The notes under the pieces: model-generated | Told to the model about the DNA's origin: nothing | What the model saw: the letters and a program-made list of their open reading frames with translations, nothing else | Databases searched by the model: none | In this document: piece after piece, positions 56,501 through 64,000 of the stretch | Position numbering within the stretch: the first letter of the stretch is position 1 | Layout: every line of letters starts with the position of its first letter | Origin: Phaeosaccion multiseriatum | Taxonomy: Eukaryota; Protista; Ochrophyta, other classes | Assembly (NCBI GenBank): GCA_965112735.1 | Contig: OZ218955.1 | Coordinates: forward strand, 1,550,001 to 1,614,000 | Length of the DNA: 64,000 nucleotides | Direction: 5' to 3' | Program-made: the position numbers and the translations under genes

Positions 56501-57427
56501 TCCGGGCCTTGCGGCGGGCAGACTCTTCCTTGGAGTACGTCTGTTGCTTACGCTTCTCCTCAGCCTCGTCCTTCTCCGGTGTGGTCTCTCCCCACCCACC
56601 ACCCTCACCCCCTCCGCCCCCCCACCGCCGCTCCCGCCTGTCTAACCTCCCACTTGCACGGCCGTTCGCATTCCCCTCCCCCCCAATCCTAGAGTGCAGT
56701 AAAGGTCTGGCAGACGTGGTGACTTTATCCACAACGCTATTAACCATGTGGTCACTGGATGCCTTGGAGCGCCTCCTCGCGGTGGCGGTGCCTCTGCCCG
56801 GCTCACCGTTGCCCAAACGCCCCCCCCGACCCTTGCTCTTATTCCCTACAGCAGTCGCCGCTCTGGATGAAGGCCTGGCTTTCTTGCTGCTGTTATACTG
56901 CTGCTCCTCGTGGCCGCCACCGCCGCCTCCGCTGCCACTGTCGACCGCCGTCGCCACTTCTACACCCCCCGAGCTCTTTCCCGGGGTGATGACCAGCGCG
57001 TCGCTCATAAAGCCTTTGCTACGGAATGCCGCCTTGACATCACACGCGTCCAGTGGCATGAGCTCGAGGATAAGCTTGCAATTATCGGGTGTGGGCGTGG
57101 CGCCAATCTCCTCCAGGTAACGCATGGCGTACTCAAAGGCCACATTAGTCTTCAGGCTAGGAGGGAAGGCTGACTTATTACTCGCGGAAGGGCGCAGCGG
57201 CAGCACAAATTTTACCTTCGTGGGTCCTCCTCCTCCTCCTCCTCCTCCTCCTCCTCCTCCTCCTCCTCCTCCTCCTCCTCCTCCTCCTCCTCCTCCTCCT
57301 CCTCCTCCTCCTCCTCCTCCTCCTCCTCCTCCTCCTCCTCCTCCTCCTCCTCCTCCTCCTCCTCCTCCTCCTCCTCCTCCTCCTCCTCCTCCTCCTCCTC
57401 CTCCTCCTCCTCCTCCTCCTCCTCCTC

Positions 57428-57458
<31 letters not shown>

Positions 57459-57746
57459 TCCTCCTCCTCCCCCCCCTCCGAATCCTACTCCCACTCCTCC
57501 TCCTATTCTTCCTCCTCCTGATCCTCCTCCGACTGCTCCTCCTCCCGACCCTCCCCCTCCTCCTCCTCCTCCTCCTCCTCTTGCTCCTCCTCCTCCTCCT
57601 CCTCCTCCCTCACCTCCTCCTCCTCCTCCTCCTTCTCCTCCTGCTGCTGCCCCTCCTCCTCCTGATCCTCCTCTTGCCGCTCCTTCGTCTGCTCCCTCTT
57701 TCTCTCCCTCATCCTGTGGCACTTCGGCCGCCAGGGAGACCACCAT
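51782..57746 (-). CDS. Hypothetical protein, multi-exon, with poly-Gly tracts and a helical core
   Basis: Non-repetitive exons join in frame: LKSVLCSDKVAALIGLLVHHLYW...ERERLFVSIVE|AYTDIK...FMPVVVLSLREAVEALFRAAYSFF. Family not recognised; some 3' exon boundaries are uncertain. Confidence 0.65.
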
Positions 57747-57973
57747 GGCAGGAAGATGCCGTCTATGTTATTAATTCCCCTCTTGATTTTCTGTAACCTA
57801 TCGATTTTGGATTTTGTTAGCTTATTCGTCTCTTCTTGTTGCGGCCGAGTGTCTTGATTTGTGTGGGAAGTTTGTCATTCCTTTTATCTTTTACCTGGGT
57901 CCTTGGAGGTCGATGTGTTGTCTTGTAATCACCTGAAGCAGACCAACAAGCTGGCTTGAAGAAAGGTCAAGAG

Positions 57974-60900
57974 ATGGAAAGGAGCGCCACTGCAACTGCT
58001 TTGGTGCTGCTCCTTGTGAACTCATGTTCACCCTCTTCCGCGTCTTCACCCCACCGCTTCGGTACCTCGCCTTCCACGCGAAGGGCAGGAAGAAGTAGCA
58101 GTAGTAGCAGCAGCAGTAGAAGCAGCGGTAGAAGTCAAGCCGAGACGAATGCACGAGAGTTCATTGGTGTAGGCTTGTCAGGAGGAGGAGAGGACAGAGC
58201 CGCAGCAGAGGCGCAAGTGGAAGCTACAGATGGCTTCGAACAGGGGCTCACGGAGAAGCAGCAGCAACAGGAGCAGCATCATGAGCAGCACATTGAGACA
58301 GGGGGGGGGGAGGCGGCAATAGCAGGTGCAGGTGCAGCAGGGGAGGGCAGCACCATCATCAATAGCATCGTGGCCTCCGACAACGACGACGAGGAGGAGT
58401 ATGATGACTACTGGGAGGACGACGAGGACAATAGCGATGACCTCGACGATGGCCCAACCTTCTATAGTGAAGCGCCGCAGGCCAGACACCCCAGTTGGGG
58501 CTACATGTTGGGGTACGACCACCGCAATCAGAGAAAGAGGTTCGGAATCAGCCAGAGCAGCAGCCGAAGCAGCAGCAGCAGCAGCAGTAGCAGTATCAGC
58601 GGTAGTAGCGCAGGGTTCCGGGTGCACCACCATCAGCAGCAGCAACAACAACAGCAGCAGCAGCAGCAGCAGCGGCAGCAGCGACCAAGAAGGTGAGAGC
58701 TTGCGCTTGGGGATGCGCTGATGGTATCAGATGTGCACACAGGTGGGCTTCACGGGGCTTCACACCTTCTTCAAATGCTCTCTCTCTCCTCTTCTTTCCT
58801 GCTTCCCTCTCTCTCTGTCCCCTCGTTCTCTCATTTCCTTTTTCTCCCGCTCTCGCTCTCTCCAGTCTCCTTCTGCCTCAGTCTCCCTTTCTTCTCTACC
58901 GCCTCTCCTTCTCTCCTTCTAGCACTCTCCCTTCCCTTTCTTCTCTACCGCCTCTCCTTCTCTCCTTCTAGCTCTCTCCCTCTTGTCGGTTTCGGTCTCT
59001 CCGTCTCTTTCTTCCTCTCTCCCCTCTCCCTCTCCTCCCCTCACCCTCTCCTGCTCCCCTCCCCCCCCCTCCCCCCCGCCCCCTCCGTGCACGCCTCTCA
59101 GCGTGGTATCCACGCACGGCCGCTCAGACTCGGAGGGCGCCGAGTCAGACGCCGCTATAGCCGGGGTTCATGCCCCCTCCTGGCCTCACCTCGCCTTCCG
59201 ATGCATCTGCCTCTTCCTGGCCTTCCTGCCCCCCCTCCTCACGGCACCTCTGGCCCTATTGTCTGAGAGCTTTCGTCGAAAGGTGTGCTGTCGCTGTGCT
59301 GTGTCTATTTGTGCCCTTTCCCTTTTCTTCCTGTGCGCTTTGCCCTTCGCCTTCTTCCTACGCAAGGGTTAGGGCATGTGCGTTGAATGCTTTTTTCTCT
59401 CCCCACCCTTTTTCTGTCCCTCCCTCTCTCCTCTCTCTCTCTCTCTCTCCCCTCACTCCTCTGTCCCTCCCTCTCTCCTCTCTCTCTCTCTCCCCCCTCA
59501 CTCCTCTGTCCCTCCCTCTCTCCTCTCTCTCTCTCCCCCCTCACTCCTCTGTCCCTCCCTCTCTCCTCTCTCTCTCTCTCCTCCCTCACTCCTCTGTCCC
59601 TCCCTCTCTCCTCTCTCTCTCTCCTCCCTCACTCCTCTCTCCCTCCCTCTCTCTCTCTCTCTCTCTCCTCCCTCACTCCTCTGTCCCTCCCTCTCTCCTC
59701 TCTCTCTCTCCTCCCTCACTCCTCTGTCCCTCCCTCTCTCCTCTCTCTCTCTCTCTCTCTCCCCCCTCACTCCTCTGTTCCTCCCTCTCTCCTCTCTCTC
59801 TCTCTCTCCTCCCTCACTCCTCTGTCCCTCCCTCTCTCCTCTCTCTCTCTCTCCTCCCTCACTCCTCTGTCCCTCCCTCTCTCCTCTCTCTCTCTCCCCC
59901 CTCACTCCTCTGTCCCTCCCTCTCTCCTCTCTCTCTCTCTCCCCCCGCACTCCTCTGTCCCTCCCTCTCTCCTCTCTCTCTCTCTCCCCCCTCACTCTTC
60001 TGTCCCTCCCTCTCTCCTCTCTCTCTCTCTCCCCCCTCACTCTTCTGTCCCTCCCTCTCTCCTCTCTCTCTCTCCCCCCTCACTCCTCTCTCCCTCCCTC
60101 TCTCCTCTCTCTCTCTCTCCTCCCTCACTCCTCTGTCCCTCCCTCTCTCATCTCTCTCTCTCCTCCCTCACTCCTCTGTCCCTCCCTCTCTCCTCTCTCT
60201 CTCTCCTCCCTCACTCTTCTGTCCCTCCCTCTCTCCTCTCTCTCTCTCTCCTCCCTCCCTCCTCTCTCCCTCCCTCCATCTCTCTCTCTCTCTCCTCCCT
60301 CACTCCTCTGTCCCTCCCTCTCTCCTCTCTCTCTCTCTCCTCCCTCACTCCTCTGTCCCTCCCTCTCTCCTCGCTCGTCGTCTCTCTCACGCTCTATCCA
60401 CTGCTCCCCTTCCATCCACTGCCATCCCTCCTCATACCTGCCTGCCACCTCTGGCGTCAGGTATGGTTCGCCATCCTCACCCGCTCCATCGCCAGAGCGG
60501 GGCCGGCCTTTATTAAATGGGGCCAATGGACATCGACACGCCCCGACATGTTCCCTGAGGACATGTGCAGAGCCTTCAGCGTGCTGCACAGCCAAGCTCC
60601 CACTCACAGGTTTGGTTGGTGGGTTGGTTGTTTGGTTGTTTGGTTGGTTGGTTAGTCTGTCTGTCTGTCTGTTGGTTGGTTGGTTGGTTGGTCTGTCTGT
60701 TGGTTGGTTGGTCTGTCTGTTGGTGGGTTGGTTGGTTGGTGGGTTGGTTGGTTGGTTGGTTGGTTGGTTGGTTGGTTGGTTGGTGGGTTGGTTGTTGGTT
60801 GGTTGGTTGGTCTGTTGGTCTGTCTGTCTGTTGGTTGGTCGGTTGGTCGGTGGGTTGGTTGGTTGGTTGGTTGGTTGGTTGGTTGGTCTGTTGGTCTGTC

Positions 60901-61943
60901 TGTCTGTTGGTCGGTTGGTCGGTTGGTCGGTGGGTTGGTTGGTTGGTTGGTTGGTTGGTGTAGTGGGATGGTTGGGGTGGTTGGTTGGTGTGGGGTGTGC
61001 TGCTCTTGTTTCTGAGAAGGACGTCTTTCCTCCCTTCCTTCCCTCCCTCCCCTCCCCTCCCTCTCTTCCCTTCCCCTCCCTCCCCTCCCCTCCCTCCCTC
61101 CTTCCCTTCCTCCCTTCTGCTCCTTCCCCTCCCAACCCTCCCCTCCCCTCCTCTCCTCTCCCTCCCCTCCCTCCCTCCCCACCCCCCTTCACGTGCAGGT
61201 ACTCCCACACCCGCCGTCTCGTCGAGCGAGCCTTCGGCGGTGTGCCTATCTCCGAGGCCTTTGACTGGTTCGGGAAGGAGCCCCTCGCCTCGGGAAGCAT
61301 CGCTCAAGTGCACAAGGCAGTGCTGCACGGCCAAGTGGTGGCTCTGAAGGTGCGCATCTACGTCTGTCTACACCCACTCATGCACGAACGAACGAGCGAA
61401 CTGACGTACTCACTCACTCGCTCACGCACTCACTTCCTTCCTCCTTCCCTCCTTCCCTCCCTATCTCCCTCCCTCCTTCCCTTCCTCCCTCCTTCCCTCC
61501 CTCCCTCCCTCCCTCCCTCCCTCCCTCCCTCCCCTTGACATACTGAAGGTGCGGCACCCTCACGTGAAGATGCGTATCTACATGGACTTTCGCATTATGA
61601 GGGCCTTCGCTAACTTCCTCGACTCCCTGCCCGTAAGTCAGTCAGTGAGAGAGGGAGGCAGAGAGTGAAGGATTGAGTGAGGGAGGGAGAGAAAGAGAGT
61701 AAAGGAGGGGGGGAGGGTGGGACGGAGTGAAGGACGGAGTGAATGACGGAGTGAGTGGGGGAGGGAGGGAGGAAGGGAGGGGGGTAGGAAGGGAGGGAGG
61801 TAGGGAGGTAGGGAGGGGGGTAGGTAGGAAGGGAACAGCAGAGTAGTGACAGAGTGAGAGTGAGAGCATGGGTTGAGACACGGGGAACAAAAGGGGCGTC
61901 TGCCTGCCTTTACATTATATGCCTCTCTCTCAATCTCTCCATA

Positions 61944-61987
<44 letters not shown>

Positions 61988-63335
61988 CCCTCTCTTCCCC
62001 TCCCTTCCCCTTTAGGGCCTGCGTTGGCTCAATCTTGGCCCCAGCATGGAGCAATTCAGTCACACGATGGCGGCCCAGACCCGACTAGATGTGGAGGCGA
62101 ATCATCTTATCATCTTCAACGATAACTTCAAGGTGGGAGGAGGTTAGGGGCATATGGGCAGGAGAGGGGAGGGGAGGGGAGGGGAGGGGAGGGGAGGGAA
62201 GGGAAGGCAGGGGAGGAGGGAGGGAGGGGAGGGGGGGGGGGAGGGAGGGAGAGAGGGGAGAAGGAGGGAGGGAGAGGGAGGGAGGGGTAGGGGGAAGGGA
62301 GAGGGAGGGAGGGAGCGGGGGGTGCATCGACGTCGATACCTATATACATCCTTGTTGACGTCTATCCATCCATTTCAATGGCTATTTCCACATGGAAGGC
62401 TGCTGACGTCTATCCATCCATTTCAATGGCCATTTCCACATGGAAGGCTGCTGACGTGTGTGTGTGAGGAGTGTTCGTTGGTACTGCAGAAAGGGATCTT
62501 TCATTCGCAGATTCAGCGTCAGTCAGCGACAGAATCACACCCTCTGACTCCCTCTTTCTTTGTGTCTGTGTATGTGTGTGTGTCTTTCTCTTTCTCTTTC
62601 TCTCTGTCTGTGTGTGTATGTGTCTTTCTCTTTCTCTCTGTCTGTGTGTGTATGTGTGTGTGTCCTGTCCCTCCCTCCTGCCCCCCTCTCTCCCTCTCCA
62701 ACTGTACCAACATCACCAATACATTCTTCCCCCCCCCACCCACCTATATACCAACTACATACATCCTACCCACATTACCTACTCCATACATCCTCCGTAT
62801 ATTATATACCTACTACGTACCCCCTACCTATATACCTACAACATATACATCCCAACCATATACCTACTACACCCACTCAGCACGAGAGAGACTTGGCGTT
62901 TCCCCAAGCGTTGTTCTGGTCCGAAGACGTGCTCGTAGAGACATTCGAGGAGGGCTTCCTCATTAGCGGTTACATTGAGAAGCTGCGGTATGATGCAGAG
63001 CAGGCCAGGCAGCGAGAGGAGGAGGAGGAGGAGGAGCAGCAGCAGACGGAAGCGAGGGGATGGCAGCAAACGGAGGGGATGGAGGGGAGGGGGACGAGGA
63101 GGAGTGGGAGTGGGTCAGACATAGGGGTAGGGCAAGGGTACCAAGGAGTGGGGCTAAGGGGCGACCATATGGCAGCGGCGGCAGCGAGGGGGGGCGGGGG
63201 GCGGCGCCGGACCGAGGGGGGGCGGGAGGAGGAGGGGTGGCGGCAGATGGGGGGGGGTGAGGAGGAGGAGGAGGAGGGAAGTAGCTCCTCCAGCAGGATA
63301 GGCAGACTCACCAAGAGGCCGCTGGCGAAGGTCAA
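57974..63335 (+). CDS. ABC1/UbiB/ADCK atypical kinase (ADCK2-like); continues beyond the window
   Basis: AGPAFIKWGQWTSTRPDMFP (KxGQ motif), PLASGSIAQVHKA (A-rich loop), VALK|VRHP, QTRLDVEA, FPQAL...VLVETFEEG. The catalytic HxD exon is not in the window. Confidence 0.92.
59413..60370. repeat. ~35-40-bp pyrimidine minisatellite (CCTCACTCCTCTGTCCCTCCCTCTCTCCTCTCTCT)n, intronic
   Basis: About 25 copies with a variable (CT)n length. Confidence 0.93.
60610..60960. repeat. (GGTT)n/(GTCT)n microsatellite at an intron 5' end
   Basis: Starts at the donor; a (CCCT)n tract follows toward the acceptor at 61198. Confidence 0.95.
62357..62458. repeat. 48-bp tandem duplication (TGACGTCTATCCATCCATTTCAATGGCYATTTCCACATGGAAGGCTGC x2)
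   Basis: Directly visible, intronic. Confidence 0.9.
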
Positions 63336-64000
63336 GTGAGTACAGGGATGGCACTGGATGGTGTTGGATGGGGGTGGGGATGTGAGAGGGGAGGAGGGAG
63401 AGGAAGAGGTAGAGGGAGAAGGAGACCAAGAGGGAGGGCGCGAGAGGGACGGAGGGGGAAGCAGAGCTGTCCTTCCATCTCTCTCTCTCTCTCTCCGCTC
63501 TCCCCGATTGTTGTTGCTCCATTGCGGATGAGTCCATTCATTCTCACTCAACACTTGTTTCTCACACTTGGTTGGGAGAGATTTACCAACTGTTCCCCAC
63601 CCCCCCCTACCGCACCGCCAACTCCGAGACTCCCCTCCCGCCCTACTCTTCACTTCCTCACACAAGTCCGTCCCCCCTCCCTCCCATCCCTGCCCGCCTC
63701 GCCTCCCTCTATCCCCTCTTCTCCCTCCGTCCCTCTCTCCTCTTTTCCCTAATTTTCCGCCCTCCCCTCATTTCCCTCCCTCCCCTACCCTCCCTTCCCT
63801 CCCCTCCCCTCCCTCCCTCCCTCGCCTCTCTCCCTCCCTCCCCTCCCTTCCCCCCCTCCCTCGCCTCTCTCCTCCTTCCTCCCTCCCTCCCTCACCCCCT
63901 CCCCTCCCTCCTCTCCCTCCTATCCCGCACCCTTCACAACCAGAGGATGGATGGATGCCCTCCCCCTCCACATCCCCCTCCCCCCCCGACAACACCCCAA

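Overview
Eukaryotic nuclear DNA, gene-dense and very microsatellite-rich. It is most likely a photosynthetic stramenopile/ochrophyte; this is an inference from the gene families and the signal-peptide/ASAF-like presequences. Most six-frame ORFs are microsatellite artefacts. Splicing by eye (GT/GC-AG) recovers 16 protein-coding genes: ABC-type ATPase (5'-partial), adenylate-kinase-like/DEAD-box helicase fusion, dynactin p22 (DCTN3), C2+EF-hand protein, class 3 lipase, COPI-associated/TVP15+EF-hand protein, FSH1/OVCA2 hydrolase, Thg1-family guanylyltransferase, GCIP/CCNDBP1, MESD, RRM protein, a GTP cyclohydrolase II-DHBP synthase fusion in reversed (ribA-ribB) order, a DEP-DEP-C2 protein, an HMG-box-like protein, a hypothetical protein and an ABC1/ADCK kinase (3'-partial). 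I saw no rRNA, tRNA, CRISPR array or transposase. The most unusual signals are: (1) about 15 copies of a 15-nt element, CAGTTGGTGATACAG, embedded in CAG tracts in exons (both orientations), introns and intergenic DNA; (2) polarised introns with G-rich 5' ends and complementary C-rich 3' ends, including a perfect 25-bp inverted repeat at the two ends of one intron, many acceptors without a pyrimidine tract and many AAG acceptors; (3) 14 consecutive genes in strict strand alternation, forming 7 head-to-head pairs; (4) duplication footprints at splice junctions and a MITE-like element. Exon boundaries were read manually and may be off by a few nt.
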